Positions 20,311-28,140 of a stretch of 33,090 nucleotides of DNA are shown here, in pieces. This stretch comes from a virus (lineage: Duplodnaviria; Caudoviricetes). The notes under the pieces were generated by a model. That model did no database searches, was not told the DNA's origin, and saw nothing but the letters and a program-made list of their open reading frames with translations. The position numbers and the translations under genes were made by a program. The stretch is from positions 1-33,090 of the IMG/VR virus record IMGVR_UViG_3300012352_000596; one strand, 5' to 3'. Numbering within the stretch: position 1 is the stretch's first letter; each line of letters opens with the position of its first letter.

Positions 20311-21125
20311 TTATGAATTGTTCATCTTTTTCTGTAACCTCTGTTGTTCCTGTTCATAATTAATGATATATGACAACTGATTAAGAACTTCTACTAAGTT
20401 TTTTTGATATACTATTTCGTGTTTCGTAATATCGTTGTCAGTAAGTCTGTTGATGACAATGAACCATCCGTATGTTTTTTGAAAACTTGTGTCCAAATCA
20501 TTTTCCTCAAACTCCAAACGAGCTTTATCTTCGTCCAAGTCGATAAGGTCGGTATCAAAGACAGCCGGAAATAATCTGAATATCTCTTTGCGTAGTTGAT
20601 AAAAAAAAACTGTGCTCCGAGAACAATTGATATATCTAACTTAGTTTTGAACAGTTCTGCTCGTTCCTTCATACTTTTCATATCGTATTTCTCAATATCA
20701 AAGTCGTGTTCTGACCTTTCTTTTATGATTGGTCTGTACATAATGGAAGATAATATGTGTAATAAATCTAATAATTCATCCTGTTTCTTCGTTGAGATGG
20801 TGTCCATGTCCACAAATTCTGCAAAGGATAGGTCTTTCCAATTAGGGAAGAACCCATATTGTACACCATCCAATTCAAATCTATCCACAAACTTGGGTTG
20901 ACCAAGAGGAATTAATCCCATAATGTAGGATGCAATGTAGTTTACCTCCTGATAATCTGACTCTAATAGGTCTTCCATAGGACATTCACATACAATACTG
21001 ATTAGTTTTGCTGCAAAATACTCCTCTGTTAGTATATCTTTTATCTTATAAATCTTAACATACTTGTCAATTGTTATTTTATCTGGTACCAGATATTCCT
21101 TTTCATCTACTTTAAATTTTATCAT
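20311..21125 (-). CDS. Putative tail assembly chaperone, -1 frameshifted form (~271 aa)
   Basis: The -1 frame is open from the T9 run (…FFYQLRKEIFRLFPAVFDTDLIDLDEDKAR…YGWF…) to the stop at 20311 and contains the 75-aa track ORF. Confidence 0.7.
20412..21125 (-). CDS. Putative tail assembly chaperone, unshifted form (237 aa)
   Basis: YGFFPNW.DLSF.EFVDMD and LH.L..I.YRPI motifs; contains a T9 slippery site. Confidence 0.65.
   Translation of the reverse strand: MIKFKVDEKEYLVPDKITIDKYVKIYKIKDILTEEYFAAKLISIVCECPMEDLLESDYQEVNYIASYIMGLIPLGQPKFVDRFELDGVQYGFFPNWKDLSFAEFVDMDTISTKKQDELLDLLHILSSIMYRPIIKERSEHDFDIEKYDMKSMKERAELFKTKLDISIVLGAQFFFINYAKRYSDYFRLSLIPTLSTWTKIKLVWSLRKMIWTQVFKKHTDGSLSSTDLLTTILRNTK
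20601..20610 (-). promoter_or_regulatory. -1 ribosomal frameshift slippery site G-TTT-TTT-TTT
   Basis: CAG TTT TTT TTT ATC contains an in-frame X XXY YYZ heptamer (T TTT TTT). Confidence 0.7.
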
Positions 21126-22447
21126 ATAAAACTAATTGAATATTTTCCTGTTGTTTTTTGATTCTTAACCTCAAATAACATCCTCATCATTATTGCGTCA
21201 CTAATATCGGGTGACTTACCGAGTATCTTTTTCATTTCATCCTTACTATGGACCGATACTTTATTGTCCTTATCTGTATCTTTCAATCTAACACTTAATA
21301 ATTCCTGTGTCAAGTCGTCAATTACATTTGGGTCCATCACATTTAAACTAATCTTATTCTCCTTGAATAACTCTGCTAGTTTCACATAACATTGTGACTT
21401 AAGGTTGGAGTAGTTCTGTCCGTGTAATGGGGATGAGTTGTTGACAAAGTTCTGTCCCCTAATCTGATCCGCCACACCGCCTCCCACGCCATCTGAATCG
21501 ACGACAATATTGGATGGATGTATCCCGTATTTCTGTATTAACTCCCGAATTTGGGACGATAATTCTGTGGTTGATAGTTTGGTATAGATGAACACTTCCA
21601 AGACCACCAGTCCACTCCAAATAATCACCACACTACGGTCTGAACCAAAACGTGCAACGTCGACTGACATATATCTTTTATCTTCAGGTTTTGGTGTGTG
21701 TTTAAATACGGATGATGTTATTTCATCAAAGTCAAATAGACTATCCGATTCTGTCTCATAGTTCCAATCACCCAAGTACAAACGTTTCATTTGTTTTGGT
21801 GGTAGTGAACGTAGAATTTCAAGGTACTCTTTTGGTAGATATGGATTATCCGTTGGTAATGCTTGAATGAATATCTTATGTGGTTCTATTGTTTGTTGTA
21901 TGGATGGTATATAAAACTCCTGTTTTAACCATGATTGTGATGGGTTACAGGACATAAATAACTTGGGTGTTAGTTTGTGTTCATTAATCTTATAACGTAA
22001 CAAGGAACGGACTACATCATACGCCTGACGAGATACTTGCGCAACCTCATCAATGAATGCAATAGTAAGTTCCAAACCACCCAAACTATCGTAATTGGGA
22101 TCGCTAGGATTAAACTGAAGGTCCCTAAACACAATCTCACTACCGTTATAAAACTTAAGTTCATTGGATTGTTGATTGTAAGTGTAATGTTCGTCTTTGA
22201 TACCACAGGTTTTAAACAGGTCCAATAGGGTTTTGATTGTGGTAACTCTTAGTTGTGTCAATACGGTACGACCTATGAGAGCACGAATGCCAGGATAAGT
22301 AAGACACATATATAGGACCCAAACAGAACCCAAATAGGATTTTCCACTTCCCTTTGCACCACCGTATAAAACTTCTCTGTGTTCTTTGTCAAGAAGGATT
22401 TTAAATGTTTCACTTTGTTTCTTTGTAAGTTTTAAGTCTATATTCAT
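21122..22447 (-). CDS. terL: Terminase large subunit
   Basis: Walker A GGAKGSGKS, Walker B AFIDE, SCNP coupling motif, nuclease DVARFG.D and SPD.SDA motifs. Confidence 0.95.
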   Translation of the reverse strand: MNIDLKLTKKQSETFKILLDKEHREVLYGGAKGSGKSYLGSVWVLYMCLTYPGIRALIGRTVLTQLRVTTIKTLLDLFKTCGIKDEHYTYNQQSNELKFYNGSEIVFRDLQFNPSDPNYDSLGGLELTIAFIDEVAQVSRQAYDVVRSLLRYKINEHKLTPKLFMSCNPSQSWLKQEFYIPSIQQTIEPHKIFIQALPTDNPYLPKEYLEILRSLPPKQMKRLYLGDWNYETESDSLFDFDEITSSVFKHTPKPEDKRYMSVDVARFGSDRSVVIIWSGLVVLEVFIYTKLSTTELSSQIRELIQKYGIHPSNIVVDSDGVGGGVADQIRGQNFVNNSSPLHGQNYSNLKSQCYVKLAELFKENKISLNVMDPNVIDDLTQELLSVRLKDTDKDNKVSVHSKDEMKKILGKSPDISDAIMMRMLFEVKNQKTTGKYSISFI

Positions 22448-22498
22448 ATATATGGTTTCCCGAAAACGAAAATTTTCGTGTGGTCAAACACAAAAAAA

Positions 22499-22891
22499 TT
22501 AGTCCTCCATTTGGATGTTAATACTAATGGGTTGACCACCTGAAGTAATGTCTACTTTCTTCTGTTCCAATCCATAAAGTTTATTAATATCACTTAATGT
22601 TTCTCTTTCTACTCGTTTATTATTGTCCCTTCTTGCTCTGTCTAACAAGTCGTAATACCTTGACAGTTGTTCTGAGATAATCTCATCAGTATTTTCTGTG
22701 AATCTATCTTTAAGGATTTGTTTACACTTAGCCCAAATGTTGTCTGCGGTTCTTTCTGTAACCCCGTACATCTTTGAGAAGGTGACTCTAAACTCTTGTG
22801 TTGATAATTTCTTATACAACATAAGTTCCAAGGCTTCTTCAATTCTTTCAAACTGTTCTACCTCTGTGGTTTTTCTTCCTACTTTAGCCAT
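22499..22891 (-). CDS. terS: Terminase small subunit (putative)
   Basis: 130 aa upstream of terL; N-terminal HTH-like segment; C-terminal KLYGL...KVDITSGG.PI. Confidence 0.7.
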   Translation of the reverse strand: MAKVGRKTTEVEQFERIEEALELMLYKKLSTQEFRVTFSKMYGVTERTADNIWAKCKQILKDRFTENTDEIISEQLSRYYDLLDRARRDNNKRVERETLSDINKLYGLEQKKVDITSGGQPISINIQMED

Positions 22892-23130
22892 TATAATAAT
22901 TTTAATACGTTCCTAACGTAATAGTCTAATTTTATGAACCCTCGGTTCTTGCAACAACTATATACCAATTCTTCATTGAATAGTTGTTTATAAATACGTG
23001 AGACCTTATCTCTAATCTCATCAGTGAAACCTGTTGCTCTCAACATATTATGACACCAAAGAATTTCTTCGTTGGTTAAACCGTTATTCACTGGTTCCGT
23101 CGGTACTTGTTGTTTTAACGTCTTCGCCAT
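22891..23130 (-). CDS. Hypothetical protein
   Basis: 79 aa; its stop overlaps the terS start. Confidence 0.7.
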   Translation of the reverse strand: MAKTLKQQVPTEPVNNGLTNEEILWCHNMLRATGFTDEIRDKVSRIYKQLFNEELVYSCCKNRGFIKLDYYVRNVLKLL

Positions 23131-23227
23131 CTTCTTTTGGTTTTTCTTCTATTATTGGTTCTTCCACTATCGTTACGTTTGTTACACGTAAGTCTTCTAC
23201 TTTTGTTTTTTTACATCCGCATCCCAT
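23084..23227 (-). CDS. Small MGCGCKK-motif protein (47 aa; not in ORF track)
   Basis: MGCGCKKTKVEDLRVTNVTIVEEPIIEEKPKEDGEDVKTTSTDGTSE; ATG lies 2 nt after the upstream stop. Confidence 0.7.
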   Translation of the reverse strand: MGCGCKKTKVEDLRVTNVTIVEEPIIEEKPKEDGEDVKTTSTDGTSE

Positions 23228-23229
23228 AA

Positions 23230-23418
23230 CTAAATATCATTTTCTTCTGATTGTTGTTTATCGTAGTGATTCTTTAAGTTCTTAAGGTATATTTCTACTT
23301 GTTTCATATACTCCACAGGATTTTCATTCATCTTCTTCATTTCCTCATCGTGGATTTTCTTTCTTATCTTATCGGCATCCCTCTCTTGTTGTCTTCTGTA
23401 TCTTCTTTCTATACCCAT
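23230..23418 (-). CDS. Hypothetical protein
   Basis: 62 aa, charged and helical; tight operon spacing. Confidence 0.65.
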   Translation of the reverse strand: MGIERRYRRQQERDADKIRKKIHDEEMKKMNENPVEYMKQVEIYLKNLKNHYDKQQSEENDI

Positions 23419-23421
23419 TAC

Positions 23422-23949
23422 TTATATTTTTTTATATCCGTGAATAACCCCTTGATGTGTAATATCAATATGGTCAAACTTATAATAGTCCATTTCATAA
23501 CCGTTGTTTTCAAATATGTGTTCCATTGAGATAAGACATGCTAGGTTGTGATACTCACACGCTATTTCTTCTATCCCATCAAAGTGATGATACTCAATTG
23601 CATTCATCAATACTTCTGACCCCTCAATATCAATCTTCATTACCTGTGGTTTGTAATAGTCCATGTAGGTAATAAACTTCTCATACCTATCAATCATATC
23701 CATATGACAGATGAAGTGATGTACGTTGTAATTGTGTTTAAACCATTCGTATGATTGTGGGTTACCGTCAATACCAATTACCTTTGATGCCTTACGTTCT
23801 TGTAAGAAATATACAGGTGTTGGTGTAAACTCTGAATTGATTCCACAACCCATATCCAATACAACCTTATCTTTGATGTTTAAAAATCCCCAATGAATGT
23901 CTGGTGATTCTGATGTGATGATTCCTTTTGGTTCCCTAATCTTAGCCAT
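23422..23949 (-). CDS. SAM-dependent methyltransferase, FkbM-like
   Basis: VVLDMGCG motif I, VIGID, MKIDIEGSE and EYH motifs. Confidence 0.75.
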   Translation of the reverse strand: MAKIREPKGIITSESPDIHWGFLNIKDKVVLDMGCGINSEFTPTPVYFLQERKASKVIGIDGNPQSYEWFKHNYNVHHFICHMDMIDRYEKFITYMDYYKPQVMKIDIEGSEVLMNAIEYHHFDGIEEIACEYHNLACLISMEHIFENNGYEMDYYKFDHIDITHQGVIHGYKKI

Positions 23950-24463
23950 TTAAATTATCTAATATATTTGTTTTAACCTCTAATCTTATTTGTTTAATAT
24001 AACGAGAAATTGATGAAATTGGAATCCTTGTTTTTCTTGATACCGCTTTCATAGATGAATTGAGAGTTAGATACATATCCAATAAAGACTTTTTAAAAAA
24101 ATCTAATTCAGCGTAATTCATTTCCAATAGTTGATATATCTCCTCCCTTTCAAATTCTTCCTGTTCATAAGACATATCCCAACAGGAATTAATATCCACA
24201 GTCATTAAAACTCTTTCTCGTTTAATTCTATAATAAAAGGGGGATGTTTTGGAATAATAGTTGATACGCATTATTGCGGTGATGTAGTACTTGATTGAAT
24301 TGTCGTCGTAAGATTTAAGTACTATTTCGTTCTTATCGTATAATTGAAGTATTACTTCGTGTAGTAAGTCCTGTGATAATTGATCGTTCTTGGTTATTTT
24401 CTTTGCGATAGTTAATAATTGATAATAATTTCTCGTTAAAAAAGATTCAACTTCTTTATTCAT
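23942..24463 (-). CDS. ECF-like sigma-70 family factor
   Basis: 173 aa; region-2-like Y.QLL.IA.......SQDLLHEV; region-4 HTH SMKAVSRKTRIPISSISRYIK. Confidence 0.75.
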   Translation of the reverse strand: MNKEVESFLTRNYYQLLTIAKKITKNDQLSQDLLHEVILQLYDKNEIVLKSYDDNSIKYYITAIMRINYYSKTSPFYYRIKRERVLMTVDINSCWDMSYEQEEFEREEIYQLLEMNYAELDFFKKSLLDMYLTLNSSMKAVSRKTRIPISSISRYIKQIRLEVKTNILDNLNG

Positions 24464-24725
24464 TTTGAGTTAGTAAGTTTTTCACATCTGAAAGAACCTG
24501 TACCACTTCGTAATTCTCATCTTCCAAATTAGTTATGATAGAACTTTCAATAATTCCATCCAGTATTTCCATCCTATCTATCTCAGGTTCAATACTTCTA
24601 TCAATAATATGTAACATTGAATCAATTATTGTATTACATAACGATACCTTTTGTTTATCAGTAAACTTAAAATAGTCTATTGGTATCTTTAATTCACCTA
24701 TGTCAACCGATTCATTATTTTCCAT
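24456..24725 (-). CDS. Hypothetical acidic protein with a UVR-like C-terminal motif
   Basis: 89 aa; ends in EDENYEVVQVLSD; overlaps both neighbours. Confidence 0.6.
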   Translation of the reverse strand: MENNESVDIGELKIPIDYFKFTDKQKVSLCNTIIDSMLHIIDRSIEPEIDRMEILDGIIESSIITNLEDENYEVVQVLSDVKNLLTQNE

Positions 24726-25461
24726 TCCTAACTCTTTTTATATAATGACATATGGTTGTCGTACTAACTTTATACTTTTCACTTAATTCAACATAAGAAT
24801 GTCTACCTGAATTGTATAAGTTATATATCTCTTTCCACATTTCATGTGTATAATCTATTTTATTTGAGGCTATATACTTTCTCTTTTTTAGATTTTTAAA
24901 TACCAATTTACCATCAATCAACTCCTTTACACCAGGTTTTAACCATACACCACTATCATCATAAGTATAACCTAATAACTTCATTAATTCAAATGTTTGT
25001 TGTTGCTGGTATATATCCCTGTATGTATTTGGATTTAATGAAACTTTCTCTGAACCACCATTCTGTTCTAATTCTTCCTGTCTTCCTATTCGTTTCCTAT
25101 TGGTCTCTCTTTGATTGCAACATTTGATACAATCAAGGTAACTAGTTTTCTTACTTTTACCATGATGATAATATCCGTCAATTGAATGTTTGTGCTCACC
25201 ACAAGTTCTACATTGTTTGTAGTCAGGATTTGTTGCGAATGGATTCTGTTCCACAGGTTGAGGTTCTAATACCTCTAGTTCTAATTCCTGTTCCACTGGT
25301 TGAGTTATTTCTTTCATTCTGATACTTTCCTTGTATTTCTTTTTTTGTTCCTTAAAACAGGATTTACAATACTTTCTTATTCTATGTTTATTCTGTGGCC
25401 TATGGAAATAAGTTTCATATTGGTCCAGTGGTTTATCAATAGAACATTTGGTACATATCAT
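24715..25461 (-). CDS. Double Zn-finger plus C-terminal HTH DNA-binding protein
   Basis: CTKC..CKSC and CRTC..CIKC pairs; SYVELSEKYKVSTTTICHYIK HTH. Confidence 0.7.
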   Translation of the reverse strand: MICTKCSIDKPLDQYETYFHRPQNKHRIRKYCKSCFKEQKKKYKESIRMKEITQPVEQELELEVLEPQPVEQNPFATNPDYKQCRTCGEHKHSIDGYYHHGKSKKTSYLDCIKCCNQRETNRKRIGRQEELEQNGGSEKVSLNPNTYRDIYQQQQTFELMKLLGYTYDDSGVWLKPGVKELIDGKLVFKNLKKRKYIASNKIDYTHEMWKEIYNLYNSGRHSYVELSEKYKVSTTTICHYIKRVRNGK

Positions 25462-25480
25462 AAATATCTGCGTTTAAACG

Positions 25481-25557
25481 AAAAACCCTACCAAAACAAA
25501 ATTTCACAAAAGTTCTGGTAGGGAAAGAAATTCTCATGTTTGGGAACATACTAGAAT
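25481..25557 (-). ncRNA. Candidate two-hairpin small RNA / terminator
   Basis: TATTTA motif at 25562-25567; hairpin ATGTT-CCCA-AACAT; 12-bp stem CCCTACCAGAAC/GTTTTGGTAGGG followed by T5. Confidence 0.4.
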
Positions 25558-25594
25558 AATATAAATATACTAGTAATTTACATTGAAGTAAATA

Positions 25595-25813
25595 CTAATA
25601 CAATTCTTCTTCAAATGAAAAGAAATTACGTTGCTGCTTTAATTCAGGAGAATAGAAACGAAGAATAAAATTATCAACATCTCCTCTATCTTGTTCTGGC
25701 ACTAGTACTAGTCTTGCAATATGTACTTGTTTTTCTGTTGAGGTTAATTTATAAAATTCCTTCAACGATAGTGCACCAGTTCTAAACTTAGGTGCGTTGC
25801 TAGTAGTTTTCAT
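25595..25813 (-). CDS. Hypothetical protein
   Basis: 72-aa ORF with an AT-rich leader. Confidence 0.6.
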   Translation of the reverse strand: MKTTSNAPKFRTGALSLKEFYKLTSTEKQVHIARLVLVPEQDRGDVDNFILRFYSPELKQQRNFFSFEEELY

Positions 25814-25829
25814 ATATATTTATATAATA

Positions 25830-26126
25830 TTATTTTGATTTGGCGTTTCTGTATATTGCGCGTTGTTTACGCATTTTTCTAGTCATAATAGATTGGTGTT
25901 CTGTATTAGCATAACCCATAGGTAAATATATAATTCTTTCAATTACTATTCGTTCTTCTAGTTTATATTTTTTTTTAATATTATCAAATACTTCTATTTG
26001 TTTACTAGTCCAATCTTTTTCTCTTTTAAATAAAGAAGTAATAAATTCTTTTTCCCAAGTAGTTAATTTCTTTTTAATATCTGGTGTAATATACTTTTTT
26101 ACTTCAATTTGATTTTTAGTTGCCAT
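25830..26126 (-). CDS. Hypothetical basic protein
   Basis: 98 aa; LT.WE.EFI.SL......T.KQ motif; has its own promoter. Confidence 0.7.
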   Translation of the reverse strand: MATKNQIEVKKYITPDIKKKLTTWEKEFITSLFKREKDWTSKQIEVFDNIKKKYKLEERIVIERIIYLPMGYANTEHQSIMTRKMRKQRAIYRNAKSK

Positions 26127-26162
26127 ATGTTTTATATTTTAATGTTGCACAATACTGGTATA

Positions 26163-26194
26163 TAAAGGTAGTCAATTCATTTGAAAATTCCAAA
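26163..26194 (-). promoter_or_regulatory. Bacteroidota sigmaA-like promoter
   Basis: TTTG-N20-TACCTTTA upstream of the 98-aa gene. Confidence 0.6.
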
Positions 26195-26197
26195 TTA

Positions 26198-26365
26198 CTG
26201 TCCTGATGTTTAATCTAACTTACCCGCTTCGTGGCCAAAAAACTCCTACACACTCAAGACCAATTACCGACTGCTTCGTTCGGCTGTTGGGTAAGACTTA
26301 CTATTTCTTACTAGGACCCATCAGGTGGATTTTGTAGTGATATACCGCACTACGAGAAAATCGGT
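26198..26365 (-). ncRNA. Candidate structured ncRNA (~165 nt) with a multi-branch fold
   Basis: GC-richer non-coding island with nested helices GTAGTG/CACTAC, GATTTT/AAAATC, CCTGATG/CATCAGG, CTTACCC/GGGTAAG, CCGA/TCGG, TGGTC/GGCCA; TATTTA motif just upstream. Confidence 0.65.
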
Positions 26366-26433
26366 TATACAAATAAATACCAAATTTTTTTCGTAAATCC
26401 AAATTCCAAAGAAAAAAAGTTTTTTTAATAATA

Positions 26434-26465
26434 TTTGGAACTTCCAAGATTAATTCATATATTTA
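26434..26465 (+). promoter_or_regulatory. Bacteroidota sigmaA-like promoter
   Basis: TTTG-N20-TATATTTA upstream of the plus-strand operon. Confidence 0.6.
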
Positions 26466-26497
26466 TGATTATAAACAATTTTAAAAATTTATAAACT

Positions 26498-26953
26498 ATG
26501 CCGGTAATTAGAAGTTATTACAAGACAACCCCAATTGATGATGAGACATTGGGTAGAGCAATCACATCCGCTAAAGATCAAGAAAACAAAATCTTTCAAA
26601 TCTTTAAGAAATATGGATGTATGACAACGTGGGATGTGTATGATATGTACAACGAATTAGTTGCACCAATCATTCCTTCATCAGTTGGTAGAAGTATCAA
26701 CACATTATTGAAGTTAAAGGTTATTTCCTCAATAGGAACAATAACAGGTGAACAAGGTAGACCAGTTAATTTATACGAATTAAATGAAAACTTACCTGAT
26801 GTAATTGAAAGAAGACATAATCAACAAATTCCTAACTCAGTTAAATTAGATTTACTATTCACTGAAGATGGTGAGATTGATGTTGAACAAATGGTTTCTA
26901 ACTTAGATTTGTTATTATCAAGAATTTCTCGTAAATTTAACTTAAACTATTAA
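26498..26953 (+). CDS. Winged-helix DNA-binding protein
   Basis: IFQIFKKYG.MT..DV...PSSVGRSINTL...VI.......GEQGRP..LY wHTH pattern. Confidence 0.65.
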   Translation: MPVIRSYYKTTPIDDETLGRAITSAKDQENKIFQIFKKYGCMTTWDVYDMYNELVAPIIPSSVGRSINTLLKLKVISSIGTITGEQGRPVNLYELNENLPDVIERRHNQQIPNSVKLDLLFTEDGEIDVEQMVSNLDLLLSRISRKFNLNY

Positions 26954-26965
26954 ACAATAAACGAA

Positions 26966-27256
26966 ATGGCAAACCTTCCAACAAACACAATTGAATTAGA
27001 ATATTATCTACACGATTTATTCTTGAAAGCTAACTCAAACCTAACACATACTAATATCGGTGCAAGAGTTGGTAGATATTTATGTAATATGAGGAGTCAA
27101 GGTACAATCGTAGATTTTACCCATCAAAGAGACTCTGATAATAAACTAAAGACAACCATCACTGTGGGGTCAGAACCCGACCAAATTTCAACGTTCAAGG
27201 ATGTAATGAATAGATTGTACATCCAAGAAAGAAAGTGGTCTAAAATCAAAAAATAA
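26966..27256 (+). CDS. Hypothetical protein
   Basis: 96 aa; A-rich leader; in operon. Confidence 0.7.
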   Translation: MANLPTNTIELEYYLHDLFLKANSNLTHTNIGARVGRYLCNMRSQGTIVDFTHQRDSDNKLKTTITVGSEPDQISTFKDVMNRLYIQERKWSKIKK

Positions 27257-27393
27257 TGGAAGAATTTATGAAATATATGACCGACAACTATGAAGGTCTA
27301 TATGAAATATATGTTACAAAAGTTCACGATAGCACTATTACATTTGAAAACTTCTGTTTGAAGATGTATCATGAACATTTAAAAAATTCCTAA
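27256..27393 (+). CDS. Small hypothetical protein (45 aa; not in ORF track)
   Basis: MEEFMKYMTDNYEGLYEIYVTKVHDSTITFENFCLKMYHEHLKNS; TAATG coupling; followed by a terminator. Confidence 0.7.
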   Translation: MEEFMKYMTDNYEGLYEIYVTKVHDSTITFENFCLKMYHEHLKNS

Positions 27394-27400
27394 TCGGAAT

Positions 27401-27436
27401 AGGGGGATTTGGTTTGGTGTACCATTTCCCCTTTTT
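27401..27436 (+). terminator. Intrinsic terminator
   Basis: AGGGG(G)A..TGGT-loop-ACCA..TCCCCT followed by TTTT. Confidence 0.6.
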
Positions 27437-27448
27437 AATACATTCAAT

Positions 27449-27850
27449 ATGAGAAATTTTAGATTTTTTAAAAAGAACGACGGAACTGAATCGTTTCCAA
27501 ATAATATATGTGATGAGTACCATCAGATAATAACTGAATTAGAAGAACGTAATACTTTATTACATAATAGACTATCTGAACTTAACAGACAATTAGACCA
27601 ACATCAAGGTAGAATCTCTTATGGTGATTTTCAAAACATAAGAGATGAACAACGTATTGATAGAACTGTGGCAATAAATTTTACAAATAGAGATGATTTT
27701 TTTATGCATCTAAGAAGACAACAGGCAACAAGGATTGTAGAAAGATTACTTGAGAATAACTTAATTGATCATACATTTAGACCCGATGAACCTAATGGTG
27801 ATTATTTTTCAAGGATGGATTTAAAAGTTGTAATAAATAATTCCCAATAA
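27449..27850 (+). CDS. Hypothetical coiled-coil protein
   Basis: 133-aa ORF. Confidence 0.65.
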   Translation: MRNFRFFKKNDGTESFPNNICDEYHQIITELEERNTLLHNRLSELNRQLDQHQGRISYGDFQNIRDEQRIDRTVAINFTNRDDFFMHLRRQQATRIVERLLENNLIDHTFRPDEPNGDYFSRMDLKVVINNSQ

Positions 27851-27852
27851 AT

Positions 27853-27883
27853 TTTGTAATTTCGTAAAATTTTTATATATTTA
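27853..27883 (+). promoter_or_regulatory. Bacteroidota sigmaA-like promoter driving a non-coding unit
   Basis: TTTG-N19-TATATTTA. Confidence 0.55.
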
Positions 27884-27888
27884 TTATT

Positions 27889-28011
27889 GTAGGGACGGAT
27901 ACATTTTTATTCTAAATTTGATATTGCCATTTCATGTAGTCCAATTCGTCCCTACTTTATAATATATAGATAGTGATTTTACTTAAGACCCTGACTTTGT
28001 CGGGGTTTTTT
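27889..28011 (+). ncRNA. Candidate small RNA (~120 nt)
   Basis: Begins 5 nt after the promoter motif; stem GTAGGGACG/CGTCCCTAC with inner TACAT/ATGTA; ends in a terminator; no substantial ORF. Confidence 0.6.
27985..28011 (+). terminator. Intrinsic terminator
   Basis: AAGACCCTGAC-TTT-GTCGGGGTTTTTT. Confidence 0.8.
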
Positions 28012-28064
28012 GTTTATTGATAATCAATGAGTTATAACTTTTTTAAAAAATAATTAAAAAAATA

Positions 28065-28096
28065 TTTGGTATATAATTTAGAATGTACTAAATTTG
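28065..28096 (+). promoter_or_regulatory. Consensus Bacteroidota sigmaA promoter
   Basis: TTTG (28065-68), N20, TAAATTTG (28089-96): a perfect TTTG/TAnnTTTG match. Confidence 0.75.
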
Positions 28097-28140
28097 TCCT
28101 ATCAAATCAAAACGGGAACAGGTTACTGAACATAAATGTT

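Noticed and set aside
20311-20538. 75-aa ORF as an independent gene or pseudogene fragment
   Set aside because: It has a weak TTG start deep inside another gene and its frame is open back to the slippery site, so frameshifting is more parsimonious; a homopolymer error cannot be excluded without reads.
1882-23529. Plus-strand and alternate-frame ORFs inside the structural arm (e.g. 1882-2316, 5120-5455, 8960-9244, 14598-15014, 20596-20901)
   Set aside because: They are shadows of long, motif-bearing minus-strand genes; their composition reflects antisense codon bias.
26300-26326. CTGATG resembling a hammerhead ribozyme core
   Set aside because: It reads CUGAUGG rather than CUGANGA, is itself paired with CAUCAGG, and has no correctly placed GAAA stem.
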